The notes beneath the pieces were generated by a model. That model ran no database searches. It worked only from the letters and a program-made list of their open reading frames with translations, and had not been told where the DNA came from. Of a DNA stretch of 64,000 nt, positions 47,783-58,220 are shown one piece after another. Source of the DNA: a virus (Duplodnaviria; Caudoviricetes); IMG/VR virus record IMGVR_UViG_3300033076_000411, positions 1-64,000 of that record, one strand, 5' to 3'. The translations under genes were made by a program, and so were the position numbers. Within the stretch, counting starts at the first letter, position 1. Each line of letters starts with the position of its first letter.

Positions 47783-47811
47783 TACACTTGTAACCACGAA
47801 TTGGAGCCGAT

Positions 47812-48951
47812 ATGAAAGTAGCAAGCAAAGCACTCAAACCCCTGAATCCCCGTAGCCCAGACACAAAGTATGTTGGGGACGAGCCTCTTTGGCGCGAGCA
47901 ACCTACTGAAAATCGTTTTACTGCTCTAAGCCGTGCGTTTAATTGGTACAACTACTTTTATGGCAAAAAAGAAGCCAAGGACATGATTGCAACTTACTTG
48001 GATGCGCACGAACGCACCAAGGATGCAAAACAAATTCGTGCCCTTTCTGACAGCCAAATCCGCCTAACCACAGGTTGGTTGTGTCGCATGAGCATGATGG
48101 GCTTGCAACTCCACGAGCACGAGATTATCAAACTAGACAACCTCATTGCTGAACTGTTGGCTATCAAAGAACAAGCCCGAGAAGAAGTCACAGTAGAAGA
48201 GGATGCCGCACCCAAAGTCACAATTCAAGATCGACTTCGCGACAAAGTGGGCGAGTGCATTGGTGAACTTGAGGGCTTGTTTGACGAGTTTATTGTTAAC
48301 GGTGCAAAACTCAACGCTGACTACAAACCTGTGAGTCTGATGCGAAGCATGAATATTGCTCCGCAAATGGTATCAATGATCAAAGATCGTTGGGCTAAGA
48401 AACTGATTGAGTTTGAAGATGCTGTAGCAGGCAAAGATCCTGACTTGGCCAAAGCATACGACTACATGAACAAGAACCAACTCAAGCAATGCGTTAAGTT
48501 TTGCGAGTTAGTGCTCAGTGACTGTGGCTCTTATGTGCAGATCAAGAAAGTGGAACGCAAGCCTCGCAAAGTCAAAGCAGTACCACCAGAAAAGAAAGCA
48601 GCCAAGTTTAAAATTTGTGCAGATTTCCCAGAACTCAAACTCAAGTCACTGCCAGCGGCACAACTTGTTGACAAGTCAGAGGCATGGTTGTACGACAGTA
48701 AGAAGCGCAAACTGATCCACCTAGTGGCGGACGAGTATGCCAAAGTGTTTACAGTCAAGAACAATGCTGTGATTGGATTCAGTACCACTGAAACTGTGCA
48801 AAAGACGCTTCGCAAACCAGCAGAGCAACTCAAGCAGATTACCACTGTTGGCAAGCCGGCTGCTCGCAAATACTTCAAGGATATCAAAGCCACTGAAGTA
48901 GCATGGAACGCTCGTGGCACAGAGAACTTGGTGGTGCTCCGAGTCTGGTAA
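47812..48951 (+). CDS. Hypothetical protein (379 aa), probably early-expressed
   Basis: RBS GGAG, long open frame, strong sigma70 promoter; no motif recognised. Confidence 0.75.
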   Translation: MKVASKALKPLNPRSPDTKYVGDEPLWREQPTENRFTALSRAFNWYNYFYGKKEAKDMIATYLDAHERTKDAKQIRALSDSQIRLTTGWLCRMSMMGLQLHEHEIIKLDNLIAELLAIKEQAREEVTVEEDAAPKVTIQDRLRDKVGECIGELEGLFDEFIVNGAKLNADYKPVSLMRSMNIAPQMVSMIKDRWAKKLIEFEDAVAGKDPDLAKAYDYMNKNQLKQCVKFCELVLSDCGSYVQIKKVERKPRKVKAVPPEKKAAKFKICADFPELKLKSLPAAQLVDKSEAWLYDSKKRKLIHLVADEYAKVFTVKNNAVIGFSTTETVQKTLRKPAEQLKQITTVGKPAARKYFKDIKATEVAWNARGTENLVVLRVW

Positions 48952-48960
48952 ATAGGATCT

Positions 48961-49857
48961 ATGGATCCTATTGCTCGCCCTGTTTTTAATAAAATTGAAG
49001 TCTACGTCACAAACGTTTGTAATCTAACTTGCGATCAGTGCAATAGATTTAATAACTTTGATTTCAAAGGGTGGCAACGCTGGAGTGATCATGCCGAGCA
49101 ATACAAGCGTTGGGCAGAACTAATAGATCTAAAGGCCATCACCATAATGGGTGGTGAGCCTTTGCTTAATCCCACTATTGTAGAATGGATACACGGCCTT
49201 AACGATGCATTTGGCATTGAAGTACAGGTGCTAACAAACGGCACCCGCCTTAATCAAGTCAAGGGTTTGTATGACGCCATTGCACATGCTAGACCCCGCA
49301 ACGGACACAGAAACAGTATTGCTATTAGTTTGCACAATCTAGCAGACTTAGAACAACTGCAAGCAGACATACACGAATTTCTAGATGGGCCTGTGCAACA
49401 AAACACACATCGTCCTGACTTATGGAATGCAGACTATCAATACTCAGATCGCAACGGAGTATTCATAAACGTTTATTTTCAAAACAACTTTAATACATCC
49501 ACTGTTCAAGTAAACGAAGCCGGGCGTTATGTATTGTTTGACAATGATCCTGTGCTAGCACACGGTGCATGCACTTACGTTCGTTTTAAGAGTTATCATT
49601 TCATCCGAGGAAAACTTTATAAATGCGGTCCTGCGGCACTCCTGCCTGAGTTTGACGATCAACATACATTTGATATTTCGGACGCAGACCGCAAAATGTT
49701 GCACTCTTACAAGCCGTTGACTGTGGATAATTTTGCTGAATACAAAGAAGAGTTCTTGGAAAGTCTAAACAACCCAATTGATCAGTGTAAGTTCTGTCCT
49801 ACACATAAAACAAACATAGTGATTGCTCCTGTGCGCAAAGGCAGCGTTAAACTATAA
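48961..49857 (+). CDS. Radical SAM enzyme
   Basis: CNLTCDQC, MGGEPLL, TNGT, C-terminal GKLYKC...CKFC. Confidence 0.85.
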   Translation: MDPIARPVFNKIEVYVTNVCNLTCDQCNRFNNFDFKGWQRWSDHAEQYKRWAELIDLKAITIMGGEPLLNPTIVEWIHGLNDAFGIEVQVLTNGTRLNQVKGLYDAIAHARPRNGHRNSIAISLHNLADLEQLQADIHEFLDGPVQQNTHRPDLWNADYQYSDRNGVFINVYFQNNFNTSTVQVNEAGRYVLFDNDPVLAHGACTYVRFKSYHFIRGKLYKCGPAALLPEFDDQHTFDISDADRKMLHSYKPLTVDNFAEYKEEFLESLNNPIDQCKFCPTHKTNIVIAPVRKGSVKL

Positions 49858-49860
49858 ATA
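49853..49860 (+). promoter_or_regulatory. T4-type late promoter
   Basis: Exact TATAAATA 17 nt upstream of the gp13-like gene. Confidence 0.7.
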
Positions 49861-49877
49861 TAGCAACGGAGTTCCAC

Positions 49878-50639
49878 ATGGCACAAGACACGCTACAACA
49901 AGCAAAACAGAATCTAATAGAATATGTAAAGTTACAAATTGGTGATCAGATCGTTGATTTGGAACTAGACCCTGCACACTACGAAGCAGCATATCAAAAA
50001 ACTATTGGCACATATCGTCAACGTGCAACCAGCGCCTATGAAGAAGCGTACATCTTCATGGAGTTGATCAAAGATGAAAACATTTACACTTTGCCCCAAG
50101 AAGTAGCCACTGTGCGACAAATTTTCCGTAGAACTTTTGGTGACTCCACTGGCCCGTTTGCAAGTAACTTCGATCCGTTTGCTCAAGCAAGTTTGAACGT
50201 TTATCTAATGAACTTCAACGTTGCAGGTGGCCTAGCAACATACGATTTTTACTCACAATATGTTGAACTAGCAGGGCGTATGTTTGGCGCTTACATGAAC
50301 TACACCTGGAATCCTGTAACCAAAAAACTACAGTTGATTCGTGATCCAAAAGGCACAGGCGAAAACGTGTTGCTTTGGGTGTACCAACTCAAACCAGAAA
50401 TTCAATTGCTTGCTGATTATCAAATTGGACAATGGATCCGTGACTACATGGTTGCTAACTGCAAAATGATCATTGGCGAAGCACGTGAGAAGTTCCAAAG
50501 CATTGCTGGCCCACAAGGTGGCTCAAGTCTAAACGGTACTCAAATGAAAACAGAAGCCAAAGCAGACATGGACGCACTGTTACTGCAATTGGTAAACTAC
50601 GTAGATGGCTCACAACCTCTAACTTGGGTAATTGGATAA
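49878..50639 (+). CDS. gp13: Neck protein, gp13-like
   Basis: LG..IVDLELD..HYE, GEAREKF.SIAGPQGG.SLNG..MK.EA. Confidence 0.8.
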   Translation: MAQDTLQQAKQNLIEYVKLQIGDQIVDLELDPAHYEAAYQKTIGTYRQRATSAYEEAYIFMELIKDENIYTLPQEVATVRQIFRRTFGDSTGPFASNFDPFAQASLNVYLMNFNVAGGLATYDFYSQYVELAGRMFGAYMNYTWNPVTKKLQLIRDPKGTGENVLLWVYQLKPEIQLLADYQIGQWIRDYMVANCKMIIGEAREKFQSIAGPQGGSSLNGTQMKTEAKADMDALLLQLVNYVDGSQPLTWVIG

Positions 50640-50668
50640 TTGACATCATAGTGCATTGATGCTATAAT
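50640..50668 (+). promoter_or_regulatory. Consensus sigma70-type promoter
   Basis: TTGACA (50640-50645), 17-nt spacer, TGn-TATAAT (50663-50668). Confidence 0.85.
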
Positions 50669-50674
50669 AGCAAC

Positions 50675-51196
50675 ATGCACCTCATGATCGACTTAGAAGG
50701 GCTAGCAACTGGCCCGGATGCTACTATCCTAACTATTGCTGCTCAAGCATTTGACCCTTTTGGTCGAGGCTATTACGAGCAATCTTACTATGCCCGAGTT
50801 ACACTAGAAAGCCAGGAAAATCGAATGATTGACGATGGCACAATTGAGTGGTGGGCAACGCAACCTGCTGTTGTGCGGGACGAAGCATTCAACGAAGACG
50901 GTCGTATTCCGCTGGACCAAGCCTTGGACGAATTAGGGAAACTAATTTGGCACAGTAAAATGATCTGGGCTCAAGGTCCTACATACGACATGAACATTCT
51001 TGAGCATGCTTACAAAAGTTATCACAAACCCTTGCCCTGGAAATACTACATGGTGCGTGACAGCCGCACAGTATTTTCACTGTGGCCCGATCAGCCTATC
51101 CCGCCCACAAGTCATCATGCGCTAGAGGACTGCCGCAGACAAATTGGCATGCTACAAAATACGCTTAAATATCTCAACGTTACGGAGTTAAAATGA
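50675..51196 (+). CDS. DEDDh 3'-5' exonuclease (T4 DexA/Rv2179c-like)
   Basis: MIDLEGL, WAQGPTYD..IL, RDSRT, HHALEDC. Confidence 0.85.
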   Translation: MHLMIDLEGLATGPDATILTIAAQAFDPFGRGYYEQSYYARVTLESQENRMIDDGTIEWWATQPAVVRDEAFNEDGRIPLDQALDELGKLIWHSKMIWAQGPTYDMNILEHAYKSYHKPLPWKYYMVRDSRTVFSLWPDQPIPPTSHHALEDCRRQIGMLQNTLKYLNVTELK

Positions 51197-51855
51197 TCAT
51201 TGGAATTTGTGGACTTATCGGCTCGGGCAAAGATACCGCAGCAGATTATCTTGTAAACTTACATCACTTTCGCAGAGAAAGTTTTGCTAACACCCTAAAA
51301 GATGCAGTAGCACAAGTGTTTGGCTGGGACAGAACAATGCTAGAAGGGCGCACAAAACACTCAAGAGAGTGGCGCGAGCAAGTTGATCCATGGTGGGCAG
51401 AACGCCTCAAAATGCCTAATTTAACCCCGCGTTGGGTACTACAGCAATGGGGTACAAATGTCCTAAGAACTGGATTCCACGACGATATTTGGATTGCTAG
51501 TTTAGAAAACAAACTACGTAATACCACTGATGATGTTGTTATTACTGATTGCAGATTCCCTAACGAAATCAAAGCAATCAAAGCCGCAGGCGGGATTGTT
51601 GTGCGTATTAGACGTGGTGATGAACCTGAATGGTATGATGCTGCTGTGGCATATAATCGTGGACCCAATGGTAATTCCCGTTGGTCGTTGAGCAAAAAGA
51701 AACTTGACGAACTAGGGGTTCATGCCAGTGAGTATAGTTGGATTGGCACTGATTTTGATCAGATCTTAGACAACAATGGAACACTGGACCATTTGTACAC
51801 ACAAGTTATGCATCTGGCTCAAGATCACCTTGCTTCCAAGGAAGATCACTCTTGA
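51193..51855 (+). CDS. Deoxynucleoside monophosphate kinase (T4 gp1-like)
   Basis: IIGICGLIGSGKDT, SFA..LKD, TPR..LQ.WGT, VITDCRFPNE, HASE. Confidence 0.9.
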   Translation: MIIGICGLIGSGKDTAADYLVNLHHFRRESFANTLKDAVAQVFGWDRTMLEGRTKHSREWREQVDPWWAERLKMPNLTPRWVLQQWGTNVLRTGFHDDIWIASLENKLRNTTDDVVITDCRFPNEIKAIKAAGGIVVRIRRGDEPEWYDAAVAYNRGPNGNSRWSLSKKKLDELGVHASEYSWIGTDFDQILDNNGTLDHLYTQVMHLAQDHLASKEDHS

Positions 51856-52153
51856 GCAACTCTTCAACACAGTTTTTACAAACACACTTTAAGTTTTTAG
51901 ACGCTGTGTTGTTGAGATCACCGTCAACGTGATATACTAATATTTGACTTGAGTAGCGTGCCTTAAAACTACACTTGTCACAACTCATCTTTTTCTTAAA
52001 CCCCGCTGTTTCCCACCGGGGTTTTCTCTTGGCTATACCTTTGCCTTTGCGTTGGCAAGTCTCGCAGCGTTTGCGATAATGTGCAACACCGTCCTTGTAG
52101 TAGTTAACTGCACAAGGACGTTGGTTACATGCCTGACATATAGGTCTTTTCAT
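51806..52153 (-). CDS. Small Cys-rich HNH-endonuclease-like protein
   Basis: CxxC pairs and VYHVDGDLNN....NL..VC.NC; start at ATG 52153 behind promoter variant CATAAATA. Confidence 0.6.
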   Translation of the reverse strand: MKRPICQACNQRPCAVNYYKDGVAHYRKRCETCQRKGKGIAKRKPRWETAGFKKKMSCDKCSFKARYSSQILVYHVDGDLNNTASKNLKCVCKNCVEELLKSDLPWKQGDLEPDA

Positions 52154-52214
52154 GGTATATTTATGGTGGACCTTTGCCAAAGGGCGGCGTAGAGCCACCT
52201 TTTTTGAATATACC

Positions 52215-52222
52215 TATAAATA
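52215..52222 (+). promoter_or_regulatory. T4-type late promoter
   Basis: Exact TATAAATA upstream of the tail sheath RBS (AAGGA). Confidence 0.75.
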
Positions 52223-52247
52223 TCTACAACTTGAAAAGGAAACCACT

Positions 52248-55200
52248 ATGGCTTTAGTATCACCCGGCGTAGAAGTAACAGTAATTGACGAGAGTCAGTA
52301 TATCTCTTCTGCTGTCAACACAGTCCCTTATTTCTTAGTTGCAACTGCACAAAACAAAGTATCAAGCGATGGCGTAACCGTTGCCGCAGGTACTCTTGCA
52401 GCCAATGCAAACAAGACATATCTTATCACCAGTCAGCGAGATTTGGCAGCAACATTTGGCGTGCCGTTCTTCTATCAAACTACAACTGGTACACCTATCA
52501 ATGGTTACGAACTCAATGAATACGGTTTGCTTGCTGCTTATTCAGCATTGGGCGTTACTAACCGTGCTTATGTTCAACGTGTTGATATTGACTTAACAGA
52601 ATTAACTGCTAGTTTGAGCCGTCCACTTGGCACTGCTGCAAATGGAACATTCTGGTTAGATACATCTACTACAACATGGGGTATCCAAGAATGGAATCAA
52701 ACAACTAATACGTTTACTGTTAAAACTCCAACAATTATCACTGATTCTGCTTATGTAGTAGATGCAGGCGCAGGCGATTATACACCTCTTGCATCGTTTG
52801 GTAGCATCGGTGATTACGCTGTAGTTGCATTGAGCATAGACAATCCAGGTTACTACAAAAATAGAAACAACGTTTGGGTCGAAATTGGCTCAGATGATTG
52901 GAAGTCATCATGGGCAACAATTATTGGTACTGCTACACCAACCAGTTTAACCATTGGTGCAGACATGTTTATTAACGATTCTCTAGTTACAGTTAGTTCT
53001 ACAAATACTGTAGCCGGTTTTGCTGCACAAATTAACAGTGCAGCGATCACAGGTGTAACCGCAGAAGCAGTCAACGGTAGATTGTTTATTTTTGCTGATT
53101 CAACTGCAACAAACGACGGATCAACCAGCACAGGTGGCGTTGTTGCTATCAACCCTGGTCCAACCAGCGGTGCAGCATTGTTTACAGCACTTGGTCTCAC
53201 CAGTGGTGAATACGATGCACCACAATATCTCCCATCGTACAGTTATCAAAGCCCACGTTGGAGAACTACTGACACTAGCCCACGTCCAAGTGGTTCTGTA
53301 TGGAACAACTTGAGCGTAGCAAACAATGGCGCAAACATCAAAGTTTCTAAATACAATTCTACTTTGGGTGCTTGGGTTGCTCAAACAACCAACATTTATC
53401 AGAACGATACTGCTGCAATTTATGCAATGGACCCAACTGGCGGCGGTGCAAATATTCCAGTTGGAACAACATACATGGTGTACAATGCTGCCCCTGCGTA
53501 TGTTAGTTACCCACACTTTGGTTTTGAATTGTTGGAAAAAATTGCCATCGGTCAAACTGTAATTACTGGTACAACAACCCCAACAGGCACAGCATTCAAC
53601 GTAGGCGATAGTTTTAGTATTGTTGCAACGGCTGCTGGTCAGTCAACTAACAATTCTGGAACTGCTACAATTGGCGGCACAGGTACAGTGGCAGATTTTA
53701 TCACTGCTGTTTCTGCTGCTGACGTTCCTTATGTTACTGCTAGTGTAAACACAGCAGGCAACATTGTAATTACTCACACACAAGGCGGTTCTATTCTTGT
53801 TAGAAACGTCACTGGGTCTCCATTGACTACTGCTGGTTTTGCAGCAGCAACTCCACAAGTTCGTGTTAGTTCAACAGTTAACGGTGGCTTGCTATTGAGT
53901 AACTTTGTTACAGCACCTGAGTTTACATATACTGCTAGCGACACTGCACCAGATCAAGATCCTGCCGCAGGCCGTCTATGGTACTACAGTACAGTAAGTG
54001 ATGTAGATATCATGATTCAAAACAACGGTGCTTGGGTTGGTTATCAAAACGTTTCAAATGATGTTCGTGGTTTTGACTTGCGTAACACAAATGAATCAGG
54101 CCCGATCATTGCTGCAACTGCACCAACAACACAAAATGACGTTGCTGAATCTCCGTTGCAATACGGCGACTTGTGGATTGATTCTAGTGACCTAGAAAAC
54201 TATCCAGTGATGTATCGTTGGGAACCAGTGAGCGGAGTTGACCAGTGGGTGTCAATCAACACCACTGACCAAGTAACAGAAAACGGTATCTTGTTTGCAG
54301 ATGCACGTTGGGCTCCTAATGGCACTACAGATCCTGTAGCAGATCCATTGCCAACTATTGTTAGTTTGTTAACCAGCAACTACTTGGACTTAGATGCACC
54401 TAACCCTGCTCTATATCCACAAGGTATGTTGTTGTGGAACACACGTCGTTCGGGTTACAACGTCAAGAGTTTCCAACCATCTTACTTGACAGAAGCCAAT
54501 TATCCAGATATCCCAACCTGGGTTACACAGTCTTATCCTACAGTCTCAAGCACTTGGGTAACAGCCAGTGGCAATAAGACAGACGGTAGCATGTACTCAG
54601 GTCGTCTTGCACAACGCAAGATGGTTGTTGCAGCAATGAAGTCTGGCTTGGATACAAGCACAGCAGCACGTGAAGAACAAAATCAGTTCAACATCATTGC
54701 AACTCCTGCATATCCTGAATTGACACCAAATATGATTGCACTAAGCAACGAGCGCAACAATACATTGTTTGTTGTTGGTGATACACCAATGCGCTTGGCA
54801 GTAGATGGCAACAGTTTGGTTGAATGGGCTACAGACAACAACGGTCTTGGCTTGCCAACAGAAGATGGTAACTCTGCTACAAGTAACTATTGTGGCGTGT
54901 TCTATCCATCATGCTTGACCAGTGATCTAAGCGGTAACGCTGTTGTTCAACCACCAAGCCACATGATGGTACGTACAATCTTGCGTTCAGATGCAGTAAG
55001 TTACCCATGGTTCGCTCCAGCAGGTACACGCCGCGGTGTTGTTGATAACGCTGTTGCAATTGGTTATATCGATTCAGCAACTGGCGAATTCCAACAAATT
55101 GGTGTAAGCCAAGCAGTTCGCGATATCTTGTACGAGCGTAACATTAACCCAATTACCTATATTCCAGGTGTTGGTATTACAAACTTTGGTAACAAGACTT

Positions 55201-55547
55201 CTAAGGCTGTTACAACAGCATTGGATCGTATCAACGTTGCACGTTTGGTTGCATTCATGCGCGGTCGCTTAGAAGAAATTGGTAAGTTGTTCTTGTTTGA
55301 ACCAAACGATGAACTCACACGTAACGAGATTTCTGGCTTGTGTACTAGCCTGATGATTGACTTGATTGCTAAACGAGCAATCTATGACTACCTAGTTGTT
55401 TGTGACTTGAGTAACAACACTCCTGCTCGTATCGATAGAAACGAGTTGTGGGTTGACATTGCTATCGAGCCAGTGAAGGCCGTGGAATTCATCTACATTC
55501 CATTGCGTATTAAGAACACTGGTGAGATCTCAGGAGCAGCAGCCTAA
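52248..55547 (+). CDS. gp18: Tail sheath protein with large internal insertion
   Basis: MALVSPGVEVTVIDESQY, PSHMM...D.VSYPWFAPAG..RG, RD.LY...INPI, RINVARL, LFEPND..TR, VCD.SNNTP..IDRNEL.VDI.I.P.KAVEFI. Confidence 0.93.
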   Translation: MALVSPGVEVTVIDESQYISSAVNTVPYFLVATAQNKVSSDGVTVAAGTLAANANKTYLITSQRDLAATFGVPFFYQTTTGTPINGYELNEYGLLAAYSALGVTNRAYVQRVDIDLTELTASLSRPLGTAANGTFWLDTSTTTWGIQEWNQTTNTFTVKTPTIITDSAYVVDAGAGDYTPLASFGSIGDYAVVALSIDNPGYYKNRNNVWVEIGSDDWKSSWATIIGTATPTSLTIGADMFINDSLVTVSSTNTVAGFAAQINSAAITGVTAEAVNGRLFIFADSTATNDGSTSTGGVVAINPGPTSGAALFTALGLTSGEYDAPQYLPSYSYQSPRWRTTDTSPRPSGSVWNNLSVANNGANIKVSKYNSTLGAWVAQTTNIYQNDTAAIYAMDPTGGGANIPVGTTYMVYNAAPAYVSYPHFGFELLEKIAIGQTVITGTTTPTGTAFNVGDSFSIVATAAGQSTNNSGTATIGGTGTVADFITAVSAADVPYVTASVNTAGNIVITHTQGGSILVRNVTGSPLTTAGFAAATPQVRVSSTVNGGLLLSNFVTAPEFTYTASDTAPDQDPAAGRLWYYSTVSDVDIMIQNNGAWVGYQNVSNDVRGFDLRNTNESGPIIAATAPTTQNDVAESPLQYGDLWIDSSDLENYPVMYRWEPVSGVDQWVSINTTDQVTENGILFADARWAPNGTTDPVADPLPTIVSLLTSNYLDLDAPNPALYPQGMLLWNTRRSGYNVKSFQPSYLTEANYPDIPTWVTQSYPTVSSTWVTASGNKTDGSMYSGRLAQRKMVVAAMKSGLDTSTAAREEQNQFNIIATPAYPELTPNMIALSNERNNTLFVVGDTPMRLAVDGNSLVEWATDNNGLGLPTEDGNSATSNYCGVFYPSCLTSDLSGNAVVQPPSHMMVRTILRSDAVSYPWFAPAGTRRGVVDNAVAIGYIDSATGEFQQIGVSQAVRDILYERNINPITYIPGVGITNFGNKTSKAVTTALDRINVARLVAFMRGRLEEIGKLFLFEPNDELTRNEISGLCTSLMIDLIAKRAIYDYLVVCDLSNNTPARIDRNELWVDIAIEPVKAVEFIYIPLRIKNTGEISGAAA

Positions 55548-55552
55548 TAAAC

Positions 55553-55580
55553 TGGGGGGTTAATTTTTAACCCTCCATTT
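55553..55580 (+). terminator. Hairpin between sheath and tube genes
   Basis: TGGGGGGTTA-atttt-TAACCCTCCA then TTT; followed by late-promoter variant GGTAAATA. Confidence 0.5.
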
Positions 55581-55609
55581 AAGGTAAATAACAATATAGG
55601 AGAATTTAA

Positions 55610-56251
55610 ATGTCATCTGCATCATTAAATAAAATGAGCGTACGGCTCCCAGATAATACAACAGGCCAAGGCCTGTTGATGCCTAAACTCAAGTATCGCT
55701 TTAGAGTTACTTTTGTAAACTTTGGCGGGGCATCTACACAACCGGCTTCAACAGAATTAACAAAGCAAGTAATGAGTTTCGCAAGACCGAACCCAACGTT
55801 CGAAGAAATTTCATTGCCAATTTATAACTCAACATTAAAGTTAGCAGGTAAGCACTCATGGCCTGATGTCACTTGCGAACTTCGTGACGACGCAGGCGGC
55901 AACGTCAGTCAGTTAGTCGGCTTGCAATTGCAAAAGCAAATGGACTTCTTGGAACAAGCAAGTGCTGCTTCAGGTCTTGATTATAAGTTTACAACCAAGT
56001 GTGAAATTCTTGATGGTGGTAACGGCGCTGCTGCACCAACAGTTCTTGAAACTTGGGAATTGTATGGCTGCTATCTTAAAAATGCTGACTTCGGCGCTCT
56101 TAACTACGGTGAAAGTGCTCCAGTAACCATTAACTTGACTATTACATTTGATAACGCTAGTGTTGTTAAATCTGATACTGCTGCTGGTTGGGACTTCGGT
56201 AACGCCACACGTAATGCTATAGGAACTGTATCCGCTACTGGTGCAGCGTAA
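55610..56251 (+). CDS. gp19: Tail tube protein
   Basis: PKLKYRFRV.F, RP.PTFE.I....YN....LAGK..W, W.L.GC......G.L.Y; follows gp18. Confidence 0.85.
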   Translation: MSSASLNKMSVRLPDNTTGQGLLMPKLKYRFRVTFVNFGGASTQPASTELTKQVMSFARPNPTFEEISLPIYNSTLKLAGKHSWPDVTCELRDDAGGNVSQLVGLQLQKQMDFLEQASAASGLDYKFTTKCEILDGGNGAAAPTVLETWELYGCYLKNADFGALNYGESAPVTINLTITFDNASVVKSDTAAGWDFGNATRNAIGTVSATGAA

Positions 56252-56257
56252 TAGATA

Positions 56258-57412
56258 ATGTCTAGTTTTGGACAAGACCTTCAAAAAGGTTTCTTTGGCA
56301 TTGACCAAGGTCTGCGAGACTTTACTCACGCGAGTAAAGTCTTTCGCACAAATGCATATGAACTTAAACCAAGATTTAAGTTCTTATTCCATGTTTCCTT
56401 TACAATAAACGTTCAAGAAATTCCAGCACTCAAAGGTGCGTTTGGCGACGGTGATGTTAGTAATCTTAGTTTAACAGTTAAGACTATTGACTTACCAAAA
56501 TACAACATACAAACGGAAACACTAAATCAATACAATCGTAAAAGAGTAGTTCAGACAAAACTCAATTATGAGCCCGTGACTATGACTTTTCACGACGATG
56601 GCGGGGACATAGTACGTAATATGTGGTATCAATACTACAGTTATTACTACAAAGATCCAAGCCAGCGTTATTTAGAACCCAACAACACCAATGGTAGCCT
56701 TGGCGCACTTGCTAACCAGCAAACAGGTTTTGGCTACAACAACAGAGACATTTATAGCGATCAAAGAATCGGCAATGTAAACGACTGGGGTTACATTGGC
56801 GAAGCATTCAATGACGGCAACACTGGCCAGTTCAGCAGCGGCGGCAAGCCACCGTTCTTCCGTGACATTCGCATTTATGGCATGGACCAACACAAATTTG
56901 CTGAGTATGTATTGATCAACCCAATTATCAAAAGTTGGAGTCACGATCAATATGATTATGCTGCGGGCAATGGTATCATGCAAAATACAATGACCATTGA
57001 TTACGAAACAGTTAAGTATTATTCTGGTGCAATCAGTGCTGTACGACCTGATCGCAATGCTAAAGGCTTTGCTGACCCAGCACACTACGACACAACATTG
57101 AGCCCATTGGCTCGCGATGGTTCACAAGCAACAATCTTTGGACAAGGTGGTGCGTTGGATACTGCTTCGGGTATTTTGGAAGACTTGTCAAGTGGCAGTG
57201 TACTTGGTCTCATTGGTGCAGCACAAAAAGCCGGAACAGCCTACAATACATTTAAAGGCAAAGACCTTAAGAGTATTGCAGTCAGTGACGCAACTGCGCT
57301 GGGCAAGAATGCAATTATTACATCGTTGCCTGGCGCTACACGTTCAGTGGCTAACAAAGTTGATGGATGGATATTCCCTACATCAACTGCACAGAGAAAT
57401 AACAATCGTTAA
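56258..57412 (+). CDS. Tail-tube-like baseplate protein (gp54/gp19-like)
   Basis: VK.IDLPKY......NQYNRKR.V...L.Y.P..MTFHDD, NP.I..W.HD..DY.......N.MTI.YE. Confidence 0.65.
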   Translation: MSSFGQDLQKGFFGIDQGLRDFTHASKVFRTNAYELKPRFKFLFHVSFTINVQEIPALKGAFGDGDVSNLSLTVKTIDLPKYNIQTETLNQYNRKRVVQTKLNYEPVTMTFHDDGGDIVRNMWYQYYSYYYKDPSQRYLEPNNTNGSLGALANQQTGFGYNNRDIYSDQRIGNVNDWGYIGEAFNDGNTGQFSSGGKPPFFRDIRIYGMDQHKFAEYVLINPIIKSWSHDQYDYAAGNGIMQNTMTIDYETVKYYSGAISAVRPDRNAKGFADPAHYDTTLSPLARDGSQATIFGQGGALDTASGILEDLSSGSVLGLIGAAQKAGTAYNTFKGKDLKSIAVSDATALGKNAIITSLPGATRSVANKVDGWIFPTSTAQRNNNR

Positions 57413-57414
57413 AC

Positions 57415-57774
57415 ATGTCTACAGTAAATTATACCAACTACAACATTGACCAGACCGTACGAGTATTCGATACGTTCTATAACTATGATGTAAATGTTCC
57501 CGCAGCAGAGTACGATGTTGTGCATTCGTATTTCTTGCAGGAAATGAAAACTAAACAAGCCGCTGGAAACTTTACAGTGAGTTTGTTTAGAGTTGCAGAA
57601 GAAACCAACATTCCTGCTTTAACATTGTTGGCGCAATTCCAGGGACAAGTTGGCATGGGCTTAGACGTACAAATGGCGTACTTCTTAAACCAAATCCGTA
57701 GCCGTGCTACATTATTAGGGGTAAGCAATCCAGTTACTCCTAATTTCTATGCTGCTAGAAACGTGATACAATAA
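57415..57774 (+). CDS. Hypothetical protein
   Basis: Open frame tightly packed in late operon. Confidence 0.7.
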   Translation: MSTVNYTNYNIDQTVRVFDTFYNYDVNVPAAEYDVVHSYFLQEMKTKQAAGNFTVSLFRVAEETNIPALTLLAQFQGQVGMGLDVQMAYFLNQIRSRATLLGVSNPVTPNFYAARNVIQ

Positions 57775-58205
57775 TGGCCAAGTGGGCACAAGGCAAATAC
57801 GACATTATCAACCGCGACAAGTACGTTGGTAATGGAACACCCCAATACAGATCTGGGTGGGAATTAAGTTTCATGCGTTTTTGTGACACCAATGATCACA
57901 TACTGCAATGGGCCAGCGAAAGCATTGCAATTCCTTATCGTCATCCTCTAACAGGCAAGATGAAGAATTACATCCCGGATTTCTTGATCACTTATCGTAC
58001 TCGTAATAACACAGTAAAAGCAGAATTGATTGAAATCAAGCCCAAGGGACAAAGCGTCCTGGAAGAAAAAATGAAAAGCAGGGACCGTGCTGTGATTGCT
58101 GTAAACTATGCTAAATGGGATGCTGCTACTAAATGGGCTCGCCGCAACGGCTTGGTATTTCGGGTAATTACTGAAGACCAAATGTTCCACAACGGTAAGA
58201 AGTAA
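57774..58205 (+). CDS. gp4: Head completion nuclease
   Basis: YRSGWEL.FM.FCD.N..I.QWASE...IPY..P.......Y.PDF, IEIKP..Q, N.AKW.AA. Confidence 0.88.
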   Translation: MAKWAQGKYDIINRDKYVGNGTPQYRSGWELSFMRFCDTNDHILQWASESIAIPYRHPLTGKMKNYIPDFLITYRTRNNTVKAELIEIKPKGQSVLEEKMKSRDRAVIAVNYAKWDAATKWARRNGLVFRVITEDQMFHNGKK

Positions 58206-58220
58206 ACCATAAATATCCGC

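Noticed and set aside
52152-52247. Longer N-termini given in the ORF track for 52152, 20587, 8873, 6558, 25166, 22889 and 52198
   Set aside because: They cross promoters, terminators or neighbouring genes; downstream ATGs have better RBS or coupling.
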